Shown here: positions 12,524-25,046 of the stretch, piece by piece
Layout: every line of letters starts with the position of its first letter
Position numbering within the stretch: the stretch's first letter is position 1
Source: Octopus vulgaris
Taxonomy: Eukaryota
Direction of reading: 5' to 3'
NCBI GenBank assembly: GCA_951406725.2
Contig: OX597830.1
Location: 18,972,001 to 19,036,000, forward strand
DNA: 64,000 nt
Notes under the pieces: model-generated
The model's database searches: none
The model's input: only the letters and a program-made list of their open reading frames with translations
What the model was told of the DNA's origin: nothing
Made by a program: the position numbers and the translations under genes

Positions 12524-12527
<4 letters not shown>
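10693..12527 (+). mobile_element. 5'-truncated Penelope-like element: inverted tail, GIY-YIG remnant and 3' region with hammerhead
   Basis: 10832-11227 translates NIIYKCSV...YVGCTVNFKQRLNNH...LSSKIWELK...CQLCSMEAFEI...LNSRIELGKSCIH. 10693-10820 is the reverse complement of the tail seen at 43140-43265. Flanked by (TA)n. Confidence 0.88.
12410..12497 (+). ncRNA. Type I hammerhead ribozyme (Penelope-associated)
   Basis: UUUCGG-CUGACGA-GUACGAG...CUCGUAC-GAAA-CGAUCG-UA^-CCGAGA; intact core, 6-bp stem I, 7-bp stem II, palindromic stem III. Confidence 0.9.
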
Positions 12528-12582
<55 letters not shown>

Positions 12583-13150
12583 TGTGTGTGTATGTTTGTG
12601 TGTCTGTGTTTGTCCCTCCAACATCACTTGACAACCGATGCTGGTGTGTTTACGTCCCCGTCACTTAGCGGTTCGGCAAAAGAGACCGATAGAATAAGTA
12701 CTAGGCTTCCAATGAACAAGTCCTGGGGTCGATTTGCTCGACTAAAGGCGGTGCTCCAGCATGGCCGCAGTCAAATGACTGAAACAAGTAAAAGAAAAGT
12801 GTAAAAGGGACATAGTTTGGGGTGGGGGGATATTTGGCTGCTAATAGCCAACAGATCAAGCACCTGAGTAGAAGCTAACGTAAAAGTCTGTGATTAAGCC
12901 TACTTTCGGTTCAACCTCTTTTAAATTACACCTATGCTCCAATGCTTTGATGATAAGCCTGTTAGATAAGAGTTGACCAGGGACTAAACAACTTTTTATT
13001 GTGTAGGAGCAGTTGGTAAATCACTCGACTTGTAATAGAAACGGTTAGATTCTCGGTTTTAGCTTCGAATATAAACAGATCAAAGGTTTTTGCTACATTT
13101 TAACTGATATTAACGTTTCTACAACAATTACATGGACATTTTTTTCGCTA

Positions 13151-13532
13151 CTAGCAGTATCGCCCGGCGTTGCTCAGGTTTGTAAGGGAAATAACTATAA
13201 AGCATTTTTAGAGAGTTATAGCCAAAAAATAGCAAAAAAATGGAAAAAAAATGATGGTAAATTTTTGAGAGTTAAAAAAGGTGGAGTTGCGTCCCCTAGA
13301 CGGTCTGTGGTTTGGGTTTCTGATTCTCGACCCCATGTCGAATTTATCGATTTTTTTCAGAACTGGGGGAACTTTTCAAAATTTTCGCTGCGTTAGTTTT
13401 GAATTATGACATTGGGCTATGTGTGTGTCAAGTTTCATCAGAATCGGTTGAAAGCCGTGGTCAGGGTGAGGGTACAACCAAACAGACACACAGAAACACA
13501 CACAGACAAACTGCCGTTTATATAGAGAGAGA
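13151..13532 (-). mobile_element. Non-autonomous Helitron-like element
   Basis: 5' TC to 3' CTAG with a GC-rich subterminal hairpin, inserted between A and T; 3' part shared with 24751-25046. Confidence 0.75.
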
Positions 13533-14130
13533 TTTAACTTTGCAATATTTTGTTCTTGATTTTAACTTAACGAAGAAAAAATATAGAAACCAAATCTCAC
13601 TCGAAGCAGACCCTACCGCTATTAGTTTTTTTTTAAAAAGAACATCAAATTGTAGTCACAAGATACACAAAATGTGGGATGAGAGGCTTACAACTGGAAC
13701 ACTTCTTTCACTCCTAAAGTTTGCACTTAACTAAATAATTAAGACCATCTCTATGGCACAACAAAGGGTAATTTTTTGCTGTTTCATTTGTCTCGTGAGA
13801 CAAGTGTAAACATGTAACATGTCTTATCTCTGTATTCGTTAATCATAGATTAAGTCTCGTGTAAATAGTTTGTAATGTTTAGACTTTTTTTATTACTAAA
13901 TATATATAACACAACGGGCTTTGAGATTAAGTGACCACCTTCACTTTGTACGTGTGTGAACATTATATATATACATGAACTTCGTTAGGTTATAAGTTGT
14001 TTCTGCTATAAAATACAGTGGAGTCATAGTTAAGTGCCTGAGTAACAACACCTTATATAGCTTCATCGGAACCTCGAATATGAAGAGCAATTTTTTATGT
14101 AGAGGCCTGTATATATATATATATATATAT

Positions 14131-14265
14131 CGACGAACGGGAACGTGAAACTCTGAGTAACAGCTTTTGTTAAATTTCTGCTGCTTTTAAATAAAGCATA
14201 TTACTCAACCTCTGGTATTTGAGTACTCTTTTTTCCACCTTGTTTCACGTTTGTGTTTACTCCGG
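14131..14265 (+). mobile_element. Penelope-like terminal fragment starting in a 5'-truncated hammerhead
   Basis: (TA)n followed by cGACGA-ACG-GGAA-CGU-GAAA-CUCUGAG-UA-ACAG; a related reverse-complement fragment lies at about 10578-10660. Confidence 0.6.
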
Positions 14266-15108
14266 TATTTGCCTTTCATCCTTTCGGGGTCGATTAAATA
14301 AGTACCAGTTACGCACTGAGGTCGATATAATCGACTTAATCCATTTGTCTGTCCTCTCTGTGTTCAGCCCCTTGTGGGTAGTAAAGAAATAGGTATATAT
14401 ATATATATTGGGCGGAGGTAAAGAATACTTACACCACCTGCTTTCGGCGTAGCAAAAACCCTAACCACCGGGTGTGCGCATTCTTTATTTTCGCCTATAT
14501 ATTGTTGTTTCAGTTAAAAATAAAATAAAAAAAACTATCCCCCACACACAAGATAACTTGACCCCTTATGGTAAATTTTGGTCTTTATCACGGACCCTTA
14601 ATCAGATTTCATTTTCTCGGAAATTTTGTCGCCGAAACAAGTTAATTAATTGGAAGGAGTTCAAACTTTACTACAGCTAATATTTACATTTAGTATGCAA
14701 GAGGCAAGAAGTGCAGGGACTAAACAACATCATAACGGAATATCGCTTCTGTCACGATGACAAAAGAAGTTATTTCCCAATCAATGAAACGGAGAAAAAT
14801 AAAATGAAAATTTCACGCTATCTGAAGACCTTCAGCCGAATAATTATTATAATTATACAAAACCGACCGAAATGTTTAAAAAAAAAAAACCCCAAAAAAT
14901 CTTAAAACATTTACAACCTTAAGGACTTTAGAACAAAGCCGGATCGGAGCTGACTTGGATGCTTATATATATATATATATACAAAAGAAATAAGGTATGG
15001 CTCCAGTATTCGGAAGTAAAAACGGCTGAAAGATTGCTGAAAAAAATTGTTATTAACGATGGTGTTTTGTGCATAGTACAACATTAAATGAGCAGATTTT
15101 CAACTTAC

Positions 15109-15111
15109 CAT
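15109..15111 (-). CDS. DNPEP: DNPEP exon 1 coding part (ATG only; 5' UTR extends to about 15190)
   Basis: Minus strand reads ttcttcaaaATG|gtaagttg, with a strong Kozak-like context and a consensus donor in a CpG-richer region. Exon 2 starts in phase 0 and lacks its own Met. Confidence 0.75.
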
Positions 15112-15348
15112 TTTGAAGAAGAAACACGCCGGTAAAGACAACACACGCTCTTTAATACTCGACTGCGGCCCGTCAACCGGAGCGCTTGCTTTAATATCGA
15201 CCAATAAATATTCGTCCGCTTACCCCGCCTACTTTTATTATCCACACTTTCTTTTTACACACACACACACACATACACATACACACTAAGTTATTTTCTA
15301 TTGAATTTGAGAATGATGTAATATTTCTCGCAGTATATATGTTTTATT

Positions 15349-15760
15349 GGATCTTTTCGCTTTGAACGGCAGTTTTTTTTTTCTAGCGGTGTCATATGAA
15401 ATTGTCACCCATAATTATGACCCTAGTATTAGGGTTAGGGTTGGGTTAGTTAGGGTTAGGGGTGGGGGAAGGGTATCTTTTTTTTCTTCAGAAATGTAAA
15501 TAAACCCAATCTGTTTCTTAAACGAGGGACATATTCATACGGCACAGAATGTTTTCACCTCAATAGACGTCACTGATTGGTTGAAATTGCAGAAATTGAA
15601 GAAAAAACAACAACAAATGTCTTACAAACTATAGAATTTTCTGAATAAAGCCAAGAGAAAAAGATGTTTTATAAACACATTCTACCAGTATACGAAGTTT
15701 AAAAGTGTTTAGTTACGTGGAAATTATTTTAAAAAACTGTCGTTCAAACCGAAAAGATTG
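15349..15760. mobile_element. MITE with 8-bp TSD (Merlin-like)
   Basis: TIRs GGATCTTTTCGCTTTGAACGGCAGTTTTT; TSD GTTTTATT on both sides; internal TTAGGG-like repeats. Confidence 0.8.
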
Positions 15761-18718
15761 GTTTTATTTTCATTTTATTGACATCCTGGTTGGATATTTC
15801 CAGAATTGGGTCAAATTTCACATGCACACAATCATGCGGGCGCGCGCATCATCATCATCATAATTTTACGTTTGTTTTTCCTACTGGTATGGGTTGGACG
15901 TTTCATTGTGGTCTTTGAATCCTTGTTCAGTGTTACTACCTGTATAAGTTAGAGAGAACCCCGTCTTACATGGTCTTCTCAGTTTTAGTATGGTTTCTCT
16001 AGCACATTATCATCATCGTCATCATTTAACGTCTGTTTTCTATGCTGGCATGGGTTGGATGGTTTGAAAGGAGTTGGCCAGCTGGAGAGCTGCACCAGGC
16101 TCCAATTAAATAATAATAATAATAATAATAATAATGAAATTTATTGTATACAGTGCTCAGGTGCACCACAACTTATCAAAAGTGCATATAAAGTACATGC
16201 AGTAATGTACAAATGTTTGGAAAGCGAACAGTGTATGAGTCAGATACATGCTTGTATGTGTATGGAGGGGAGAAAATCAGGTGTAGTGTTGGCGAATCTC
16301 AGGAAGCATGGAAGTTTTGAAGGATGCAGTGCTCCGACTACTAACGACTGATGCCGGCAGTTTGTTCCATGGTATGGTTTCCATTATGAATGCCCTTTCC
16401 AACACTAACCACTTTACAGGGTGTACTAAATACTTTATATATGGTACCAGCACCAGTGCTTTGTATGTGGCACTGGTATGAGTGCTTTTGTAAGGCACTG
16501 TCACAGGTATATCTTATGTGGAACTAGCATGGGTGTATTTTTTTTTTACCTGGCATTGGCATAGGTATTTTTTACCTGGCACCAGCACCAGTGAGCTTGC
16601 AAGACAAGGACCTCTCAGTTTAGAGAGGGAGTGGAAGTGAGAGGTTAGAGCATGACAGAGGTGGTTTTCTTACTATTGGGATACTTGGCTACCTCAGTAG
16701 GACAAGGAGGAAGGGTGGGAGAGAGTTAGAGAGAGAGCTATAGAGATAGTTGGTGTGTGAGAGAGAGGGCCTGCTACAAGTAAGAGTGGGGGGGGCGTAT
16801 AAGTGGTCTAGAGGGAATAGAGGAGGATATTCCATGAGAGTGTGAGGGAAGATGTTTAAAGGTAGCAGATAGAGCAAGTGAAGGTGAGAGGAATTGGAGT
16901 GGAAGGGAGAGGGTAGGTAGGTGATGGCATGGAGAGTGTGTGGGTAGGCACTTGAGCAAAAACCTGTAGTGGCGCCATTTTGGAAGTCTTCAGGGCACGT
17001 GTGCAGAGATGGATTCTTCCAGGAGGCCTGCCGGAGTTCCCTCATGTGCATTCACAGAGAACTAGCAGCAGCAAAACTTCCTGCATATCGATCTCTCTCG
17101 AAGCTGACAGTCGAATTGAACAGACGCATTCTCACATCTCTCCTCAAGCTGCCACCATGTGGCAATGCTACACTATGCTGGAACGAGACAGGATTTGGTT
17201 CACACCACTTGACTACTGTGACTGGCTCCACGGCTACCGATTCGCCCTGAAGGAAATATATATATATATATTATTCCAGAAACCTGCACCCCACCAGTGT
17301 TACAGACCTTTCATCCTGTTACAAAGGAGGCACATGGCCTAGTGGTTAGAGCAGCGGACTCGCGGTCGAAGGATAGCGGATTCAAATCTAAGACCGGGCG
17401 ATGTGTGTGTTTATGAGCAAAACACCTAAGCTCCACGCGGCTCCGGTAGTGGCGAACTTCTGCTGACTCTTTCGCCACAACTTTCTCTCACTTTTTCCTC
17501 CTGCATCTTGTAGCTCGCCTGCAATGGCCTGGCGTCCCGTCCAGGTGGGGAACCTATGCACCAAGGAAACCAGGAAACCGGCCCTTATGAGCCATGCCTG
17601 GCTCGAGAAGGAACAAACAAAAACAATCCTGTTACAAACCTTTGCACATCTTCAATGTTTAGTGTTCTCACCTCATTACCATACAGCATTGTACTTTGTA
17701 CACAGACAATGAAGAGAGAATTCCCTTGTTGCCAGCACAGGAAATAACATCCTGAACTTTTTTCAACTTCTCTTTATTCTGGCTACTGCTTGGTCCAACA
17801 AGATAGCATGCACCATATAGCTGACCGTGAAAGAAATCAGGACTTGCCAGTTCACCTCCAGTAACTTTGAGGGACAGTGGAGGTGCGTGGCTTAGTGGTT
17901 AGGGTGTCAGCATCATAATCCTAAGATTGTGGTTTTAATTCCTGAACCGGGCGATGCGTTGTGTTCTTGAGCAAAACACTTCATTTCTCGTTGCTCCAGT
18001 CCACTCAGCTGGCAAAAATGAGTAACGCTGCGATGGACTGGTGTCCTGTCCAGCTGGGGAACACATACGCCATAGAAACCGGGAAACTGGGCCCATGAGC
18101 GTGGCTAGGCTTTAAAAGGGCGCATTTATTTATTTTAACCTTGAGGGACTATCTCTAAAAATTATTGATGATGAAAAAAAAACAACTGCATTACAGGAAA
18201 TTGAAGTTGTTACAACTGAAATAGCATATTCTGGTTGGATGAGGTAATGCAGGTTTTTGTTTTTAATGTTTTAGTTATTAGGAGGGAGACTAGCGTAAAT
18301 AACCTTTTACAAGGGTTTAGAAGAAGCTATTCTTAGACTGAAGATCTAATCCTATTGTTTGAAACAAAGTGATTCCACTAAAGCCACCCAAGCTGCAAGT
18401 GATGGTGTTAAATCAGGTGATAAATTAAACCGATGACCAAGGACAGGAACAGTCCTTCTGTCAGATTTCCATTTAGTTTTCACCCACTGAAGTTCATTTG
18501 CAAGGTTTTGATCAGACTCTATGGTAGAAAACAGTCAAGGTGCCATGCAGTGAGACTGAACTTGAGAATCACTTGGTTGCAAAGTGAACCTCTTAATTAC
18601 TGAGTCATACTTGCTCTCATAATCATATAGACAATTCACTATGAAAGCAATATGGAGTGTGATTCTCCTTGCCATTTCCCACCTGAATGGTTCATCAGTT
18701 GCACATTCTGCTTATTCT

Positions 18719-19000
18719 GGTACTTTTTGGTTATCTCACCCCCATTAAAAAATCGGGTATCTTCCCCCCCCCCCCGTTTTTATGAAAAATATCGTTACTT
18801 TTGGTTATCTCCCAAACTTTAAAAAATTGTTTATACCTCGATAAAACAAATAAAAATGAAAAATCAATAAACAATGAAGAGGAGGCTAAACGTCAACGTG
18901 TTGAAGTATTTATCCAATCTCGTCGCCAAATTTTTAGTGGGGAGGTAACCCAACTTTTTAATGATAATGTTTTAATGGGGGTGAGATAACTAAAAGTACA
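18719..19000. mobile_element. MITE with GG-starting TIRs and a degenerate 8-bp TSD
   Basis: TIRs of about 32 bp containing GGTTATCTCACCCCCATTAAAA; flanks cttattct and cttgttcc. Confidence 0.75.
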
Positions 19001-20159
19001 CTTGTTCCATTGGTCGCGTTCGCCGAATCATTAATTTAAGGGGACAGAAAGAAATTAACACCGGATGTCTTGCAGTGGTAGGGAATAAACACAAAGACAC
19101 ACGTAGATACATATACCTTTTATTTTTAATTGTTTCAGTCATTAGACTGCGGCCATACTGGAGCACTGCCTTGAAGAATTTTTAGTTGAATATATCGACC
19201 CCAGAACTTTTTCTTTAAAGCCTAGTACTTATTCTATCGGACTGTTTAAGCCGAACCGTAAACACACCAGCATCTGTTAAGTGGTGATAGTAGGGGGGGG
19301 GCACAGACTCGAAAGACACACACGCATATATATATATGTGTGTGTGTGTGTGTATGTATGTACGTACGACGGGTTTCTTTCAGTTTCCGTCTGCCAAATC
19401 CACTCACAAGGCTTTGCATGGCCTGGAGCTATAGTAGAAGACACTTGCCCAAGGTACCATGCAGAAGGCGGCGAGCTGGTAGAAACGTTAGCACGCTGGG
19501 CGAAATGCTTAGCAGTATTTCGTCTGCCGTTACGTTGTGAGTTCAAATTCCGCCGAGGTCGACTTTGCCTTTCATCCTTTCGGGGTCGGTAAATTAAGTA
19601 CCAGTTACACACTGGGGTTGATTTAATCGACTTAATACCTATGTCTGTCCTTGTTTGTCCCCTCTGTGTTTAGCCCCTTGTGGGTAATAAAGAAATGGGT
19701 ACCATGCAGTGGGATTGAACCCGAAACGACGTGGTTGCAAAGCGAGAACTTCTTAACCATACACACACACAATCATCACCATCATCATCATCATCATCAT
19801 TTTATATTCGCTTTCCATGTCATAAAGGCATAGATGGATATTTCAACAGAATTCAGAGAGTCAAAAGATCCATTTTTGGTCCAATGTCTCAGTTTTGGCA
19901 TGGTTTCAATTAAAACCACTTTACTGAGTGTTTGGGTGACATCAGCACTTATTGTTTATAGTCATGTATTCAGGGCACGAAAAGTTTTGTAAGTAGACAC
20001 CAGCATATTTGCTGTAATAAATCAAAACAGTTTGATAAATAAACCCTATTATAATTGAATGGGAGTGGTGCTGACATTAAGGAGAAATGCTGAAAAACAT
20101 TTGTCAAAGTACTGAATGACATTTTTTTTTTATCTATTTGTTCTGCTGTTGGTGATGTA

Positions 20160-20404
20160 AGCGGCTGTTTTTAAATGTCTCGATTATCGATCATCGAATC
20201 AAAATTTTAAAATAACTTTTGAGAAATAAACAAAATTTTAAAAGAAAATGTATTTTCAACAATTAAAAATAATATATTTTATCAATTAATTAACAGGAAT
20301 GTCGATTACTGTAACTAACAGAATTTGGTGACAAGCTATTATAGACAGACACATTAGTTGTTGTTGTAAACGACATCTCCTCCACTTGTGTTTATTTTAT
20401 TGCA
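20160..20404 (+). promoter_or_regulatory. Putative WDSUB1 promoter/5' UTR
   Basis: Start of a CpG-enriched stretch running to about 22000; DRE-like cgattATCGATcatcg near 20181-20196. Confidence 0.35.
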
Positions 20405-20829
20405 ATGGCAGGAATTTGCTTTCCCCCGTCGACCGAACCTTCTCATTCTTTGGACTCGCATACATCGGACATCAACGGACTAACGTTTTCTAAACATGTT
20501 ATGGCCAGCTGTGCAGGCGACAAAACCGTTCGTTTGTGGTCGTTTCCAGGATTCGCCGAAATGACTCCTCTTTCGCCTCTCTCGGGACATAGTTTGTACG
20601 TGAACTCCTGTGCGTTTAATCCGGCCGGGACGTTGTTGGCATCTTGTTCCACGGACGGTAAACTAATACTTTGGAATCTAAATACAGGACAGCAAGAAGC
20701 TGTTCTCGAACACCCGTCCAAAGGTGGTATACGTGTGTGTAAGTTTTCTCCGAACGGTTTTTACCTTGTATCCGGAAGTGACGATGAGACCTTGTGTATT
20801 TGGGAGTCCACTTCTTTAGATTTGATAAG
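20405..20829 (+). CDS. WDSUB1: WDSUB1 coding exon 1 (WD40 repeats)
   Basis: ATG at 20405; WD40 repeats (DKTVRLW, DGKLILW, DETLCIW) and the SPLSGHSLYVNSCAF segment; donor AG|gtatgt. Confidence 0.93.
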
Positions 20830-21015
20830 GTATGTATGTATGCTGTTGTTCTCGACCACTGCATCTGCACTGATCGAAATGATCCATGTTTAAAAACATT
20901 CTAGACCAATGTGTTATTATATGTGTCAGTTTCCTTTACTCTAAGACGGTAGGGTGTCATTTGAGGGAAATATGGTTTTGGTTCAAAAGACCGCGAAGTG
21001 TACCTCGTTAACTCA

Positions 21016-21227
21016 GGTACCAGTATCGTAGAGTGGTCCCGGTTTGCGCGCGAATCGGGGACGTGTGATACAAGTATATATCGTATATATACAAGTAAAT
21101 ATATCGTATACACGTATATATCGATACAAGTATATATCGTGCATGCGCCAGTCAGCTCGTAGGATCGACTGCCTACGTCTGGCTAGCGTGTGTGCGCAAA
21201 CCGGGACCACTCTAGGATACTAGTACC
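21016..21227. mobile_element. MITE with perfect 9-bp TSD (Merlin- or MULE-like)
   Basis: TIRs GGTACCAGTATCGTAGAGTGGTCCCGGTTTGCGC; TSD GTTAACTCA at 21007-21015 and 21228-21236. Confidence 0.85.
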
Positions 21228-22743
21228 GTTAACTCAATATATGTATATATATATATGTGTGTGTTTGTGAATGTTTGTGTGTAAGTACGCCGCACGCATG
21301 CAGTGATATTCTTTTTGGCGATCTTTGGTAAGATCGCAGTTTTTTTTTTTGTGTTTTGACAATGACACGGTCTCCAAATGGACAGTTTTCTATGAGTAAA
21401 TTCCAGAATCCTCGGAAATCGGCGAGGACTAGTGTTAGCGACAATGGTAATGAAAGTGTCCAAGTGAGTTTATAAGTATCGCTAAATTCACCTGTTGCGA
21501 GGAGTGGACGTTTTGGATTAAATTTCTTCGGTGACACTTCCCATGAGTTTTCCTCTTCTGTCTGGACTAGCCACAAGCTTTACCATGGTCAATTCCTAGC
21601 TTTCGGGTCAAGAAAGAATTCTCGGTGTATCCTTTTGAGCTGCTGCTACTAGTAATCAAATGTTCGACAAATAAGAGCTTACTGTTCAAAAAATAAATAA
21701 ATAAAAAAGAATAAAAATTTAAAAGTGCGATGGAACGTCTTTGATTATAAAGTCAACTAAATCAGAGACGGCCGAGGTGGAGCAAACAGCAATAACAACT
21801 AGAATTTGAGTCAACGAGGATTTTTTCGCGCTGTTTGGCCTGCCAGAAGTAACAAAACAAATCTTCCGTCGTCTAAAAGAATGGTGGGTTGGTCATGAAA
21901 GGAGCGTCTGCTCACTGATCTCGGGGTAAACAATAACAACTCTGAAACTGCCAAGTCCCTGACAGATCCTGACCAGTATGTCGAAAGTATGGTGCCTCAC
22001 CTGCTTTTGGGCGATCGATGAGTTTTCAAAATGATTTTTTGACAATTTGATTTAATTTTATCATCTTAAATATTGTTATCTTTATGCCTATCATATTTTC
22101 GTAACCATTTTTTCCATTGACAGTCCTGCTTGTAGGCATCATTTAACCCTGGCCAAGTCTAAACAAACCTTTGTGGAGGCACATGGCCTAGTGGTTAGAG
22201 CAGCGGACTCGCGGTTGAGGGATCGCGGGTTCGATTTTCAGACCGGGCGATGTGTGTGTTTATGAGTGAAATACCTAAGCTCTATGCGGCTCCGGCAGAA
22301 GGTAATGGCGAACTTCTGCTGACCCTTTCGCCACAACTTTCTCACTCTTTCCTCCTGCATCTTGCGGCTCACCTGTGATGGACCCGCGTCCCATCCAGGT
22401 GGGGAACCTATACGCCAAAGAAACCGGGAAACTGGCCCTTATGAGCCAGGCATGGCTCGAGAAGTAACAAACAAACAGACCTTTGAACAAAAGTGTTACA
22501 TCCACAATCAGCTGCTCTGTTTTCAACCATAGTATATCTAGGGCGATACACACCGGTATCATATTTAGGCAGTCCAAAACGCTTCTGGTGACAAAAAACT
22601 TCTTAAGAGCAAATAATAAATTAAGATACAATTTTAGATTATATTGTTAAAATGTAGTGTAGTTATCATAATATTACCTTTTGATCAATTTTTTTCCCTT
22701 TCTTGTATATATATATATATAAATTGAAGTGTGCAGTATTATA

Positions 22744-24165
22744 TTGGGTCATCCCATAAATAATGCGGTTTTTTCAATTGCATGAACTAAAAGTCGGAGG
22801 AAGGCGGGATAAACAACCTGCATCAACTTGCTATGAAAGCAGGTATTAATTTTGCTTTGTACTTATTCTTAGTGCAAGTTTTGATGAGAGCAGTTTGATT
22901 TTAAGTTATTTTTTCAAAGCTATAATGGAAGTGACAAAGGAGCATATTCGGCATATTTTGCTTTATGAGTTCAATCAAGGCAACAATGCAAAAGAAAGTG
23001 TGAGGAATATTAATGCAACATATGGGGATTAGACATTAAGGGTAAGCCAGTGTCAACAGTGGTTCCAGAAATTCCGAGCTGGAAACTACATCCTAGAAGA
23101 TGAGCCTCATCCTAGAAGATCTGTACAGCTTGACAAAGACATCCTGCAAACCCTGATGGAACAAAATCCCATCATAACTGTTGAACTAGCAGAGAAGATT
23201 GGATTTAATTGTTCAACCATTCATTGACACCTGCATGCCATTGGAAAAGTCAGCAAATTGGGTCAGTGAGTTCCTTACAAACTTTCTGAGTCTAATCATG
23301 TGTAGAGATTGAATGTGTGCTCTTCTTTGCTGTCACATCCCACGAATGAACCTTTTTTGGACCAAATAGTGATTGGTGACAAGAAATCGGTTTTCTATAA
23401 AAATGTTATGCACCAAAGACAGTGGGTAGGGAAAGGAGAAACACCAGCACCCCAGGCTAAAGGGTCTTCACCCACGTAAGGTGTTGTTATCTGTTTGGTG
23501 GGATATGAAAAGTTTATTCCACTTTGAACTTTTAAATCCAAAACAAACAATAACAAAGGAGATCTACTGCGAGCAGCTTGAGTGGCTTAAGTCAGCACTA
23601 GAAGAAAAACACCTGTCTCTGGTTTCAAGACAAAAGGTGTTCTTCCATCAGGATAATGCTTGGCCACATACAGCGAGGATGACATTCCAAAGGCTAGAGC
23701 AGTTTGAATGGGAAATGATGCTCCACCTACCATATTTGCCAGACATTGCCCCACCCAATTATCATTTACTCCACAGTCTTCAAAATCATTTGGATGGAAA
23801 AAATATGAACTCTGTAGACGAGGTCAGAACAGTACTGGAGGAGTATTTTTTGTCATGGACAAGTGAATTTTGAAAGAGGGGCCTTGTAAGTCTACTGGAT
23901 AGATAGAGCATTGTAGAAAATGAAGCAGAGTATCATCATCATCATCATCATCATTTAGCATCCGTTCTCCATGCTAGCATGGGTTGGACGATTCAACTGG
24001 GGTCTGTGAAGCTGGAAGGCTTCATCAGGCCCAGTCAGATCTGGCAGTGTTTCTACAGCTGGATGCCCTTCCTAACGCCAACCACTCCGTGAGTGTAGTA
24101 TATTATCTTAATTTTGAAAAATAAAATAAGTATAAAAAAACTGCATTATTTATGGGGTGACTCAA
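22744..24165 (+). mobile_element. Degenerate full-length mariner transposon
   Basis: TA-flanked TIRs TTGGGTCATCCCATAAATAATGC; broken transposase from 22926 (MEVTKEHIRH...VWWD...HQDNA.PH...HLPYLPDIAP); RTE-tail insertion at about 23933-24100. Confidence 0.92.
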
Positions 24166-24750
24166 TATATCTATTATGGCTGATCCTACTGGTCAGGTTT
24201 GTACTAGGGGTTCACCGAAGTGTTAGGTAACTGTCCAATTATGTAACTGTGTGCTCTTCAGAGGTGGAAGTTATGGAGTGAAATACGGTGACTGCATCTT
24301 TACAATGGCTTCTTTCGGTTTCTGCCTACCAAATCCACTCACAAGGCTTTGCTCAGCCCAGGGCTGTAAAAGACAATACTTGCCCAAGGTGCTGCATAAT
24401 GGAACTGAACCCATTGCCACATGGTTGAAAAACCAGCTCTTGTTTTTTTACTGACACAGCCATGTCTGCTTCATTTCCGTTACTTGGAATTAAACCTTGT
24501 AACATCCCTAACTTCCATATGCTATCACCCACGCCCTTGTGATGCTGACAAATAACCAAAACAAACTTGAATCTATATAAAATGAAACCTCAGTGAAAGG
24601 CTGGAAGTAAATGGATATATGTTTTTTATGCTGGAAAAGACATCAAAATGCCACGATAAATCTCATGGCAAAATTCCATTTCCGTGTATGAGTGTGGGAA
24701 GGAGGCAATGTTTTCAAAGTTGGACACTGAAAAGGCTAAGTGTTGACATA

Positions 24751-25046
24751 TCTTTATTTATAAAAGTGAAGTTGTGTGTCTGTCTCCTACGATTTAGATT
24801 CCTTACTACTCCCACATTTTGCGGTACAGTTTAACCAAAACCGGGTATCTTATAGTCGTGATTCATATCGAGACCGTCTGGGTATTAGCGCGCATCTACG
24901 ATGAGTCTACGATTTAAAAAATAATTTACCATCATTTTTTTCCATTTTTAATGCATTTTTTTGCTATTTTTTGGCTATAACTCTCTAAAAATGCTTATAT
25001 AGTTATTTCCCTTAGAAACCCGAGCAACGCCAGGCGATACTGCTAG
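24751..25046 (+). mobile_element. Non-autonomous Helitron-like element
   Basis: a|TCTTTATTTATAAAAG...CCCGAGCAACGCCAGGCGATACTGCTAG|t. Confidence 0.78.

Noticed and set aside
15428-15470. Interstitial telomere
   Set aside because: Only a few degenerate TTAGGG units, lying inside a TIR/TSD-bounded MITE.
20830-20893. ORF-track extensions of WDSUB1 exons past the splice sites
   Set aside because: Read-through into introns; consensus donors and phase continuity define shorter exons.
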